Positions 51,307 to 60,240 of a stretch of 64,000 nucleotides of DNA are shown piece by piece. Source of the DNA: Escherichia coli (GTDB lineage: Bacteria > Pseudomonadota > Gammaproteobacteria > Enterobacterales > Enterobacteriaceae); the NCBI RefSeq assembly GCF_044324785.1, contig NZ_CP172127.1; one strand, given 5' to 3'. Within the stretch, counting starts at the first letter, position 1. Each line of letters opens with the position of its first letter. A program made the translations under genes and the position numbers. The notes beneath the pieces are model-generated. The model was not told where the DNA came from. It saw only the letters and a list, made by a program, of their open reading frames with translations, and ran no database searches.

Positions 51307-52390
51307 TCATGTTAAGTGTGATCGCCGTACAGTTTGCCCATTCGTTTTCTGCCACCACCCTCAGTGCCGGTGTCACCAGTTCAACCTGGTACACCCCGGA
51401 AACGGACAATGCACTGATAATCTGGCTGGGGACAATATCACGCCCCAGCGTGGCGGCACGTGATGCCACCCAGTTCTGTATGGCGCTGTTAGCGGCATCT
51501 TTTACAGACCTGGCATCCTGATCACGATAGATCGTAATCCTGGCTTCAATGGTGTAATCCACCTTCACTGGTGTTTTAGCCCGCACTGTATCAGTGAGTG
51601 GCCTGACTTTCTCATCAGAGCAGAAACTCTCTACCAGCGTGAGAACACCGCCGTCCGGCAGACCGGTACTGAGCAGCGGATACAGATCTACGGTCCCGGG
51701 AACCGGGGAAAGCACAGCAACATCGACAATGTTGGGATGGGCCTGCATGGCATGAAAGCGGTATGCGCCACGGCTTCCGGCATTGGTGAATGACTCCGGG
51801 GCCAGCCTGATACGCTCCCGGAGCCTGTCATCGTCTTCCTGTTCTGAACCGCCGGAACTGGCCGTCAGATTGCTCACCAGCAGGTCGACGTTATCAATCT
51901 CATCGAGTAACTGACTGACCTGCGCAGGTTGCCAGCCGTTACCAGCGGTACCGGGTTCGGTACAGGTGGACGTGACATTGACCAGCAGCAATCCGGCCTT
52001 CAGTACCACATCTGTATCGGTGGCAAAAATAACGCTGTCGGAAGCGCTGACGCGGGTGCCTGCCGGGATCAGCACATCAATGGTCAGTGCCTCATCCACA
52101 GAGAACTGAAGTGTGGTGGTGGCAGGCTGCGCGGCAAGGCGGTATACACCAACCAGTTCTCCGAGGTAATCAATCATCGGCTCTCGTGAAAAGGCGACCA
52201 GATTCTGCTTTGCTGCCTCCTGTACCGCAACCCTGACCAGCATTTCGCGATAGGCCCACAGATCAATCAGCAGACGTTCTGCCTGTGCCGGGTACAGCGT
52301 TTTGCCGGTATCCGCTTCATACTTCGCAATCATTTCTGCCGTGATTTTGTCGGCATCGCGTTCAATAAAATCGGGTTCTGTCAGCGCCAT
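51287..52390 (-). CDS. phage baseplate J-like protein
   Basis: 367-aa ORF in the conserved V-W-J-I-H order. Confidence 0.7.
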   Translation of the reverse strand: MALTEPDFIERDADKITAEMIAKYEADTGKTLYPAQAERLLIDLWAYREMLVRVAVQEAAKQNLVAFSREPMIDYLGELVGVYRLAAQPATTTLQFSVDEALTIDVLIPAGTRVSASDSVIFATDTDVVLKAGLLLVNVTSTCTEPGTAGNGWQPAQVSQLLDEIDNVDLLVSNLTASSGGSEQEDDDRLRERIRLAPESFTNAGSRGAYRFHAMQAHPNIVDVAVLSPVPGTVDLYPLLSTGLPDGGVLTLVESFCSDEKVRPLTDTVRAKTPVKVDYTIEARITIYRDQDARSVKDAANSAIQNWVASRAATLGRDIVPSQIISALSVSGVYQVELVTPALRVVAENEWANCTAITLNMSGVSDD

Positions 52391-52728
52391 AGCAACTCCT
52401 GAGTCCGGGTCTGTCCGTCTGAGCCTTTCCAGCTCACCCGGAGCGTAAGATGTTCGCCGTCGACGGCGGGTTTAACTGACATAAGCTGGCAGCGGGGCTC
52501 CCAGCGTCGGATGGCATCGACGGATTCGCGCACCACATGCGGAATGGCCCGGTCTACAGGCCAGTCGATATAAAGATGCAGATTGCTGCCGAACTCCGGG
52601 CGATGCGGGTCGCTGCCGCGGGGAGTCCGCAGGATAATTTGAATCGCCTGCCGGATATCATCCAGCCCCCGGACAATTTCGCCGGGAGCCTGCAGGGTCG
52701 GTTGCCAGAATACTGAGGTTGTTTTCAT
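52381..52728 (-). CDS. phage baseplate wedge protein (GPW/gp25 family)
   Basis: 115-aa ORF overlapping the J-like gene. Confidence 0.7.
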   Translation of the reverse strand: MKTTSVFWQPTLQAPGEIVRGLDDIRQAIQIILRTPRGSDPHRPEFGSNLHLYIDWPVDRAIPHVVRESVDAIRRWEPRCQLMSVKPAVDGEHLTLRVSWKGSDGQTRTQELLWR

Positions 52729-52782
52729 GGGGGCAGTATTGCCCCCGTGCGGGAACGCTGATATTAAAGGCGTTTAAAAAGC

Positions 52783-53379
52783 TCAGTGGGAGTGGTGGCT
52801 GGAGTTTTCGCCATCAGACAACATACTGCCCGTGGCATGGGCATTCCCTTTAATCTCGATATTGCCATGGATGGTCGCGGTAACACCTTCACCACCAGAA
52901 CCCGCCATGCCTCCTTCGTAAATCAGCTTACCCCTGACACGCAGATCTCCGGTAAGTTCGGTTTCCGGTGCGTCAATCGTGGCTTTCTGTGTTTTCAATA
53001 CCACATCAGCACCACACTCAATGACAATATGCTCAATGCCGCCCCGGATGATCAGAGTGTGCGTCTTCCGGTTGTAGCTGTACTCTGCACCATCAGCAAA
53101 CCGGGTTCCCCGGATATTTTTGTCACTGAACGGTGGTTTATCGACGTCTGAATACACCGCGCCCAGAATAACACCATCCTCGCCGTTGGCATCGAGCAGC
53201 ACCTCAACCTGCTCCCCCACGTCAGGGAGCCAGTAATCTTTGTTATCCTGGGTATTGCGCTGCAGCACGTTAAGCCAGTTTGTGCGCAGGTTATCGCATT
53301 CAGGCAGACGAACGCGGGCCTGAACCCTGTCGGCATCAACGGCACTGACCGTACCGACCTGACGAGTGACACCAGTCAT
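52783..53379 (-). CDS. phage baseplate assembly protein V (spike)
   Basis: 198-aa ORF with OB-fold-like N-terminus and glycine-rich C-terminus. Confidence 0.65.
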   Translation of the reverse strand: MTGVTRQVGTVSAVDADRVQARVRLPECDNLRTNWLNVLQRNTQDNKDYWLPDVGEQVEVLLDANGEDGVILGAVYSDVDKPPFSDKNIRGTRFADGAEYSYNRKTHTLIIRGGIEHIVIECGADVVLKTQKATIDAPETELTGDLRVRGKLIYEGGMAGSGGEGVTATIHGNIEIKGNAHATGSMLSDGENSSHHSH

Positions 53380-54548
53380 TTTTTCTTCTCTCTTATTACT
53401 GTGGACGTGCTGCCGTCCGGTTTATAGATGGTCAGCATCCGGGTTTTGCCGATTTTTTTACCTTTCTTCGCCTTGCCCTGTGTGATCGGCCCCCGTGCCA
53501 CTTCCAGCTCTGTGGTGTAGCCGCTGTTACGGTCAAACGCATGGCGGGCAGTGGTTATGAGCCATGGCCCGGATAACTGCCCAAAACCCACCAGTTCAAT
53601 TTTGTTGCCTGCTGTCAGTTGAGGTGTTCCCGTCAGCGTCAGGGAGCCGTTCTGCTGGTATTCGTTATGTCTGGCCAGTGCTGAATCCGCTTTAATCCGG
53701 GCACTGTCCGGGTCGCTGACGCGGCTGTTAACTTTAAGTGAGTCAGCGCTGGTAACCTTACCACCTTTGAGCTTTTTGTCGCTTTCACGGGTACCACCAT
53801 CAGCTTCGTAGACGATCAGTTTTTTACTGCTGCTTTTCTGGTGTTTTACCTTTGCAGATTTATAGACCCGGTTGATGGTGTCACGCAGGGAAAAGCGGGC
53901 CACATCCTGCGGTTTTAACTGCCTGACCGGCTCCTGACTGCGCAGTGTGGCCAGATGAGAAAAAATCAGCTGGTCACTGACCACTTTCACTGCATAACCA
54001 TACTCGCTGGCCAGCCGGCGCAGAAAACCCACGTCGGTTTCAGCATACTGGGTCACCCGGTCGATTCTGATGGACTCAATGCTGCCCACCAGTTTCAGCC
54101 GGTGCTTTCTGGCAATCCGCCCCGCAACAGCTGCCAGCGTGGTGTTCTCAAAACCACGACTGGTTTTAGTCCGCAGGGCACTGTTAACCGAGGTGGCCAC
54201 CCCACGGATAGAAACAACGGAAGCGGGCGAACTCACTTCGATCTCGTCTATAGAGAACGTACCGCAGGACAGCAGCTTCTCGTCCTGATAGCCCATTTTC
54301 AGCGTCAGCGTGTCACCCTTGCCCGGATACCACTTATCCAGCCAGCGGCCATCGGTGTCGTCCAGCTCCACCTCAATGGTATCGGACTCATTTTTGATGT
54401 TATCGCTCCAGGTCACACGGGTGACATAAGGCGCGATATCAGAGGTGATGTTTTTCTGCAGATACCACAGAGTGAACACCGGTGTCAGCACATCGCTGAC
54501 GCCGGTTAACGCTGATGTGACTTGCGCAGTGCTGTTTATCTCAGCCAT
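53376..54548 (-). CDS. phage tail protein (P2 gpD / Mu P-like, late control D family)
   Basis: 390-aa ORF between the X/U-like and V-like genes. Confidence 0.65.
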   Translation of the reverse strand: MAEINSTAQVTSALTGVSDVLTPVFTLWYLQKNITSDIAPYVTRVTWSDNIKNESDTIEVELDDTDGRWLDKWYPGKGDTLTLKMGYQDEKLLSCGTFSIDEIEVSSPASVVSIRGVATSVNSALRTKTSRGFENTTLAAVAGRIARKHRLKLVGSIESIRIDRVTQYAETDVGFLRRLASEYGYAVKVVSDQLIFSHLATLRSQEPVRQLKPQDVARFSLRDTINRVYKSAKVKHQKSSSKKLIVYEADGGTRESDKKLKGGKVTSADSLKVNSRVSDPDSARIKADSALARHNEYQQNGSLTLTGTPQLTAGNKIELVGFGQLSGPWLITTARHAFDRNSGYTTELEVARGPITQGKAKKGKKIGKTRMLTIYKPDGSTSTVIREKKK

Positions 54549-54751
54549 GGGGCAATATCCTCTTCTGTACGGGCTTCTTCAGCCTCAATCACCGGGATCA
54601 GTAACAACAGCCCGGAGGGCAGCACCGGCGTGATGGCCACGTGCGGATTGGCGGCAATAATCCGGGGATAGCCCAGCGGGTCACCGTAGTACTGCCATGC
54701 CAGCGAATCCCAGCGCTCTCCGTCACGGGTAACATGTTCAAGAAACATCAC
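54536..54751 (-). CDS. phage tail protein X-like (small LysM-like tail protein)
   Basis: 71-aa ORF overlapping neighbours in the tail operon. Confidence 0.55.
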   Translation of the reverse strand: MMFLEHVTRDGERWDSLAWQYYGDPLGYPRIIAANPHVAITPVLPSGLLLLIPVIEAEEARTEEDIAPWLR

Positions 54752-55632
54752 ACACTCCTCGTCAGTATTCTGGCGGCCATTGCACTTAATCCCGGAGACA
54801 TGCGGTTGAATGCTGTTCCGACGGCGTTAAGCTGCCCGGAAACGGTATCCAGAGCACCTGCAATATTTCTTTTGTCCACACCACTCAGCGCAGACTGTGC
54901 CTGCTGTACATACGTGGCTGCTTCGCTGGCTGTTCTGGCCAGACTGATGGCATCGGGCATGGATTCAGAGAGTGCGTTAAACGCCGGAACACTTTTCCCC
55001 AGAGCCCCGGAGATATTACCCAGTCCGCTCATCAGCCCCGGCACACGGGTCAGTGCGACAACGGGGTTATCCTTCATTTTCTGTGTCACCCGAACGGCGC
55101 TGATAGTGGTCTGGAGTACAGACTGCGCCTGTTTCGCATAGTTGACGCCGTTGCGGATGAACTGCGCCACCCCGGAAGGTGAAGGAATGGCACCGGAGAC
55201 CGCCCCGACACCCGGGAGCTTCGTGCGTATTGCCGGTGGTTGCAGAGGATTTTTCGGGTCACCGGTGTATTCCCGGAGAGACACGGTGGCACTGACAGCC
55301 AGCACGTTGCCGGTACTGTCAGTCTGCTCGCTGGTTGCAGTCACATCGGTAATCACGAACCAGCCGCGATAGTCACCGTTGCCGAAGACCAGCGCCAGTG
55401 CCTGATGGGCTTTCATGGCTGTTCGCAGTCTCGCCAGCTCCACATCGGGTACACAATAATGCTGATGGAAAACCAGAGTTATCTGGATTTCGTCCAGCCT
55501 GTCGCCGACGAACTGCAGGCCAGGCTTACCCCCGATGCGGGCATGCTCCGCATAATCGACGCCGAACGTGGCCTCGAAGCCGTCCCAGTAGGTAATCAGC
55601 TCAAACTCAATATCACCCAGTACGGCAAACAT
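54748..55632 (-). CDS. phage tail protein (gpU-like N-terminal domain with C-terminal extension)
   Basis: 294-aa ORF immediately after the tape measure gene; ...GDYRGWFVITDV... resembles gpU. Confidence 0.55.
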   Translation of the reverse strand: MFAVLGDIEFELITYWDGFEATFGVDYAEHARIGGKPGLQFVGDRLDEIQITLVFHQHYCVPDVELARLRTAMKAHQALALVFGNGDYRGWFVITDVTATSEQTDSTGNVLAVSATVSLREYTGDPKNPLQPPAIRTKLPGVGAVSGAIPSPSGVAQFIRNGVNYAKQAQSVLQTTISAVRVTQKMKDNPVVALTRVPGLMSGLGNISGALGKSVPAFNALSESMPDAISLARTASEAATYVQQAQSALSGVDKRNIAGALDTVSGQLNAVGTAFNRMSPGLSAMAARILTRSV

Positions 55633-58600
55633 CAGCGGTACTCCTTACGTTGTTTCTGAGCCAGCAGACGCTCCAGCATTTTTTCCAGCTCATGCAGACT
55701 CATATTCAGGGCACCAGTCAGTCCTGCAGGCGCTGTGGTTTCCCTGCCATTGAGGAAAAACTGAGGATTAAAGCTGACCTGGATACCACCAGACGTTCCA
55801 CCGCCGGTTGCAGCTGCACCACGGCCTGAATATCCGGCAGCCAGGATTTCAGGCGAGGGGATACGGGGAACATCCGGTGTCATCTCATTTGCCAGACGTT
55901 GCCCTGGTAAAATCGATGCCCGGGTGGAGAGCGGAATAACGGGCATGGAAGACAAACTATTGATTACGGCTCCGATCGCATTTTTAGCAGACGACATAAA
56001 CCCATTGATATCGGGCAACGGCATACTGAAGCGAACACCTGAAGTGTTATCCCGTATTTCTGGCCCCTGAATGCTCACGGGCATTCTGGGGAGCAGTTCA
56101 CTGGCCATTCGCTGCCCGGCCAGAGCTGCAAGCGGAGTGGTCCGCTGCAGGCCAATGGCGGCCCCCTGCGCGATATTGTCACCAAAGCCCATAAACACGC
56201 GGCTCGGCGAATGAATGCCCAGCTTTTCGCTGAACCAGCCACTGATGCTGTCACCCATTCCGGTTACACTGGATTTGAGCGACTCCCATTTGTTTTTGAT
56301 ACCGTTAATCAGACCGTCGACAAGATGGCCACCGAAGTCGGTGAACTTTGCCGGCAGATCAACACCAAGATATTTCAGCGCAGCTGCAAAGGCTTTATAG
56401 AGCAGACCTGCCGGCGACCAGTTAATCAGCAGCTTACCAGTTCCCGCGATACCGCCGTTAAAGGCTTCCTGAATGTCAGCCCAGCACTGTTTAAACCAGC
56501 TACTGATGCTGTCACCCATTCCGGTTACACTGGATTTGAGCGACCCCCATTTGTTTTTGATACCGTTAATCAGACCGTCGATAAGATGGCCACCGAAGTC
56601 GGTGAACTTTGCCGGCAGAGCAACGCCGAAATATTTCAGCGCAGCCGCAAAGGCTTTATAGAGCAGGCCTGCCGGCGACCAGTTAATCAGCAACTTACCA
56701 ATTCCCACAATGCCGCCGTTAAAGGCTTCCTGAATGTCAGCCCAGCGCTGTTTAAACCAGCTACTGATGCTGTCACCCATTCCGGTTACACTGGATTTGA
56801 GCGACCCCCATTTGCTTTTGATACCGTTAATCAGACCGTCGATAAGATGGCCACCGAAGTCGGTGAACTTTGCCGGCAGAGCAACGCCGAAATATTTCAG
56901 CGCAGCCGCAAAGGCTTTATAGAGCAGGCCTGCCGGCGACCAGTTAATCAGCAACTTACCAATTCCCACAATGCCGCCGTTAAAGGCTTCCTGAATGTCA
57001 GCCCAGCGCTGTTTAAACCAACCACTGACAGCCCCCCAGTTGCGGTAGATAAGGTAAGCTGCTGTCGCGACAGCGGTGATAACGAGACCGATGGGATTCA
57101 TCATCAGCGCTCGCCCAATCCAGAGAACGGCACGTGCAGCGCTCATAAAACCGCGAACGAGGCTGCCCGCCAGAACTTTGCTGAGTTTCAGTCCTCCGCT
57201 GGTCAGTCGGCTGAATCCAGTGACAAGCCAGCGTAATTTGCCACCTTCTCCGAGTGCGGTAGTCAGTCGATGCCAGTTGGTCCGGAGTAAAACAGTAGTT
57301 TTCCAGACGTTCACAAAGGGGGAAATAAGGAGATTCAGCCCCAGTTTGAGACCAATAGTCGCTATCTTAATCGCAAGGAGCGCACTGATGAGCTTAAAAG
57401 CCCCACTGACAAATTGCGGGTGAGTCGCTACCCAGTGTTTTGTCCCCTGAATGAGTGGGAGCAGTTCCTGAGTCAGAGAAATAAAAGATGGAGCTAATTG
57501 ATCGCCCAGCGTAATTGCCAGATCGCGACTGCTGACCATAAGTGTTTTAGTGGCTTCAAGGGGAGATTTCAGCCGCTGATCATAAGCACTGGCAAGCAAA
57601 TCGTTATCCGCAGCCCTGAGAGCACCGGCACGGATCTCTCGATATCTGTCCATGTTGGCCAGCATCGGGCGGATAAATGCCATGACCTGCATATCCGCGA
57701 ACATATCGCCCAGACCAAAGTTTTTCGCCAGAGCCTGAAGTGCCTCATCTCTTGCCGTATCATTCTTTATTTTCATGGCTGATTTGAAGCCGGCCAGCGC
57801 TTCGGGGCTTTTGGCATTGAGGTAACGTTCTATAACACTCAACATCCCTTCAATCGGAGAGATCCCCGCAGCTTTATAACTCGCAATAGATCCCTGCAAA
57901 TCAATACCCAGATCAGCAAACTGTTTCTGAGTATCGCGGGCAAAAATTTTGGTAAGAAAGTTTTTAAAATTATTGGCTGCTTCGTCGGTGGAACCTGCAC
58001 CGATTTTTGCTATCTGGAGACTGGCCCCGATTTCAGCAACAGCCTCTTTTCCACTGGCAAGACCCGCCATCATTGGGGCCAGGGACTGCATCCACTTGAC
58101 CTGATCCGGGATTTCAAATGACCCCTGGTCACCGGCATAAGCCATAATATTCTGAACGGCACCAAAATCTCTGGCCGCACCTTTCAGGGAGTTTTGCCAG
58201 ACTGCGGCCACTTTTGCCCAGTCCTGAGCAGACGTGCGTGTTGCCGTTGCCGCGCGGGCAATATCCGGCATCAGAAAACCGATATCTGACACATTATCAA
58301 TATTGTCGCTGATGAGTGAACCCACCGCCTCCTGCAGCTCATCCTGATACTGATTGTATTTAAGCGCCCAGCCTTTTATCTGTCCGGCAAGTGCATCCCG
58401 CGTTTTATTGTCATATTTTGCGGTGATCGACATATCAATCATTTTGTCCTGAAAAGACATGGACTGCTGAACGGCAGGGGAAACCGTATGATAAACAGTC
58501 TGTGCCATGCCATACGCTTCAATCCCCTGACCATACAGCGCCATGCGGTTAGCTTTCAGCGCATCACTGGTAGCGGATGCCGCTGACAGACGGCGCTGCT

Positions 58601-58844
58601 GGCGCTCAATTTGCTCCATGGTGCGGCTTACCCGCAGCAGCTCGCTGTTGAGATGCTGCATCCGGGAAGAACCCAGTTGACCATAACGTTCTGTTGCACG
58701 GGTTAAAGCGTTCTGACGTTCCTGCAGGCGGCGTGAGGTATCGCTCAGGGAATCAAGCGCACGGCGGGTACCGCTCATTGCAGAACGGAATGTGCTGCCA
58801 ATCATCCCGCCGATAACAACGCCGACTGAAAACTGTCCCGACAT
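55632..58844 (-). CDS. phage tail tape measure protein
   Basis: 1070-aa ORF with coiled-coil N-terminus, hydrophobic segments and internal tandem repeats, downstream of the chaperone pair. Confidence 0.85.
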   Translation of the reverse strand: MSGQFSVGVVIGGMIGSTFRSAMSGTRRALDSLSDTSRRLQERQNALTRATERYGQLGSSRMQHLNSELLRVSRTMEQIERQQRRLSAASATSDALKANRMALYGQGIEAYGMAQTVYHTVSPAVQQSMSFQDKMIDMSITAKYDNKTRDALAGQIKGWALKYNQYQDELQEAVGSLISDNIDNVSDIGFLMPDIARAATATRTSAQDWAKVAAVWQNSLKGAARDFGAVQNIMAYAGDQGSFEIPDQVKWMQSLAPMMAGLASGKEAVAEIGASLQIAKIGAGSTDEAANNFKNFLTKIFARDTQKQFADLGIDLQGSIASYKAAGISPIEGMLSVIERYLNAKSPEALAGFKSAMKIKNDTARDEALQALAKNFGLGDMFADMQVMAFIRPMLANMDRYREIRAGALRAADNDLLASAYDQRLKSPLEATKTLMVSSRDLAITLGDQLAPSFISLTQELLPLIQGTKHWVATHPQFVSGAFKLISALLAIKIATIGLKLGLNLLISPFVNVWKTTVLLRTNWHRLTTALGEGGKLRWLVTGFSRLTSGGLKLSKVLAGSLVRGFMSAARAVLWIGRALMMNPIGLVITAVATAAYLIYRNWGAVSGWFKQRWADIQEAFNGGIVGIGKLLINWSPAGLLYKAFAAALKYFGVALPAKFTDFGGHLIDGLINGIKSKWGSLKSSVTGMGDSISSWFKQRWADIQEAFNGGIVGIGKLLINWSPAGLLYKAFAAALKYFGVALPAKFTDFGGHLIDGLINGIKNKWGSLKSSVTGMGDSISSWFKQCWADIQEAFNGGIAGTGKLLINWSPAGLLYKAFAAALKYLGVDLPAKFTDFGGHLVDGLINGIKNKWESLKSSVTGMGDSISGWFSEKLGIHSPSRVFMGFGDNIAQGAAIGLQRTTPLAALAGQRMASELLPRMPVSIQGPEIRDNTSGVRFSMPLPDINGFMSSAKNAIGAVINSLSSMPVIPLSTRASILPGQRLANEMTPDVPRIPSPEILAAGYSGRGAAATGGGTSGGIQVSFNPQFFLNGRETTAPAGLTGALNMSLHELEKMLERLLAQKQRKEYR
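56200..57010. repeat. 261-bp tandem repeats (3 copies) inside the tape measure gene
   Basis: near-identical 87-aa units SSWFKQRWADIQEAFNGGIVGIGKLLINWSPAGLLYKAFAAALKYFGVALPAKFTDFGGHLIDGLINGIK; antisense ORFs at 56215, 56473, 56734. Confidence 0.85.
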
Positions 58845-58919
58845 AGTGGTTAACCTCCGGGGAAGGTGAAAAGACGTGAGGGGATAACGCAGAACAGCCG
58901 CTACTGGCGGCTGTCTGTA

Positions 58920-59177
58920 CTATGATTTGTCGCCGTACTCGCTTTTGATTTGCTCTTCAGCCTGCTCCAGCCACATCTCCAGATCGTCAGTATCGAGGGC
59001 ATCAATCTCCCCCGGCTGAAACCGGAACCATCTCGCCAGCAGCCCCTGCGCCTGCGTCAGCGCCCTGGTTGCTCTCACCCATCCCCGTGATGAGCTGAAA
59101 TCGTTTCTGTAACTGCAGGTAATCAGCCAGATCCATATTGTCGAGATCTTCCGGGAGAAGACCAGTACTGCGGGCAA
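58920..59177 (-). CDS. tail assembly chaperone frameshift extension (GT/E'-like), probable programmed frameshift product
   Basis: 85-aa ORF overlapping the 3' part of the 111-aa chaperone ORF in another frame. Confidence 0.4.
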   Translation of the reverse strand: MPAVLVFSRKISTIWIWLITCSYRNDFSSSRGWVRATRALTQAQGLLARWFRFQPGEIDALDTDDLEMWLEQAEEQIKSEYGDKS

Positions 59178-59337
59178 TCAGCGGTTCGTCCCAGTCTGCC
59201 GGGTTTTTGCTGATTTTGCGCACCTGCTTCAGGTCTTTTACCGTCAGGCGTTTCAGTTCAACCAGCTCAATTCTGGTGCCTGCAGCAGTGGTGAAGGGAT
59301 AAGACAATTTAAAAGTATCGGATGGGGTCTGTGACAT
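59002..59337 (-). CDS. tail assembly chaperone (G/E-like)
   Basis: 111-aa acidic ORF immediately upstream of the tape measure gene. Confidence 0.55.
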   Translation of the reverse strand: MSQTPSDTFKLSYPFTTAAGTRIELVELKRLTVKDLKQVRKISKNPADWDEPLIARSTGLLPEDLDNMDLADYLQLQKRFQLITGMGESNQGADAGAGAAGEMVPVSAGGD

Positions 59338-59434
59338 GATTGTGCTCCTGTGTAAGTTCAGGGCAGTATGTCGGGAGAAGCGCGTGACGGATATTAAAGG
59401 AGATTAAGAAGAAGGGGCCGGAGCCCCTGTGATG

Positions 59435-59716
59435 TCAGCAAGTGCGAAACCCCTTGCAGTTACGCAGGAAAGCGATGAGAAGCGTCTTTCCCTCAGATTT
59501 GCCGATGCCGGAGAACCAGTGGTCGGGAGGCTCCCATGCTTCAATCAAATCCGCCAGTTTGCGGGCCTTTGAACGTGTGCAGTCAATCGGGTCATTGGTT
59601 TTACGGGTATTAAAAAGGGTTTCCACCCCCGGAATATCAAGGAGGGTAAACCACGTACCATTTGACATGCCCAGTGCCGCACATCGTCCTCCTTTATCCG
59701 TCAGTTCAACACTCAC
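59435..59716 (-). CDS. hypothetical phage tail-module protein
   Basis: 93-aa ORF between the tube gene and the chaperone genes. Confidence 0.4.
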   Translation of the reverse strand: MSVELTDKGGRCAALGMSNGTWFTLLDIPGVETLFNTRKTNDPIDCTRSKARKLADLIEAWEPPDHWFSGIGKSEGKTLLIAFLRNCKGFRTC

Positions 59717-59718
59717 CG

Positions 59719-60240
59719 TCAGCCCCCGATATTGATACGGTAGTCAGTCAGTTGATCAACACCGCCGACCCGGAAGATGTTGGCCAGATAGTCCAGTTGC
59801 AGCAGCTCTTCACCATCCAGTACCTGTCTGATATACGTGCAGGTGAAGCTACTGGAGAACTCGGCGTTCTCGTGCTGTTTGAACGTCCCCAGCGGGTTCT
59901 TCTTGAACATAATCGTCAGGAAGGTGACCAGCGGGATTTCGTCAATCAGCCCCTGCGAGCTGTAGCGCTGGACGCTGGAACGACACTGCAGTGCCAGCGA
60001 CCTGTACGGGTTCGCGGCAGACAGCATCGCATCGCGGTAAAAGCTGTTCCATTTGATTTCGCCTTCCAGCTTGTCAAAACCAGCCGGGAGTTCCACCTTA
60101 CCCACCATCCCCAGCGCCTTGTGTTCCTGCATAATCATGGAGACATCGGGGAGTTTGACTTCCTCAGCCCGTCCCAGCAGGTTAGTACCATCCAGATAGA
60201 TGTTGGCATTCGTGATGCGGTTTATCTCAATCTTTGACAT
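59719..60240 (-). CDS. phage tail tube protein
   Basis: 173-aa ORF directly downstream of the sheath gene. Confidence 0.75.
   Translation of the reverse strand: MSKIEINRITNANIYLDGTNLLGRAEEVKLPDVSMIMQEHKALGMVGKVELPAGFDKLEGEIKWNSFYRDAMLSAANPYRSLALQCRSSVQRYSSQGLIDEIPLVTFLTIMFKKNPLGTFKQHENAEFSSSFTCTYIRQVLDGEELLQLDYLANIFRVGGVDQLTDYRINIGG

Noticed and set aside
49390-57010. Possibility that the tandem repeats are a CRISPR array
   Set aside because: Repeat units are 261-300 bp, protein-coding and in frame inside phage structural genes; there are no short repeat-spacer units or cas genes anywhere in the window.
56211-57236. 341-aa plus-strand ORF with internal repeats opposite the tape measure gene
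   Set aside because: Antisense to the tape measure gene; its repeats simply mirror the 261-bp tandem repeats on the coding strand.
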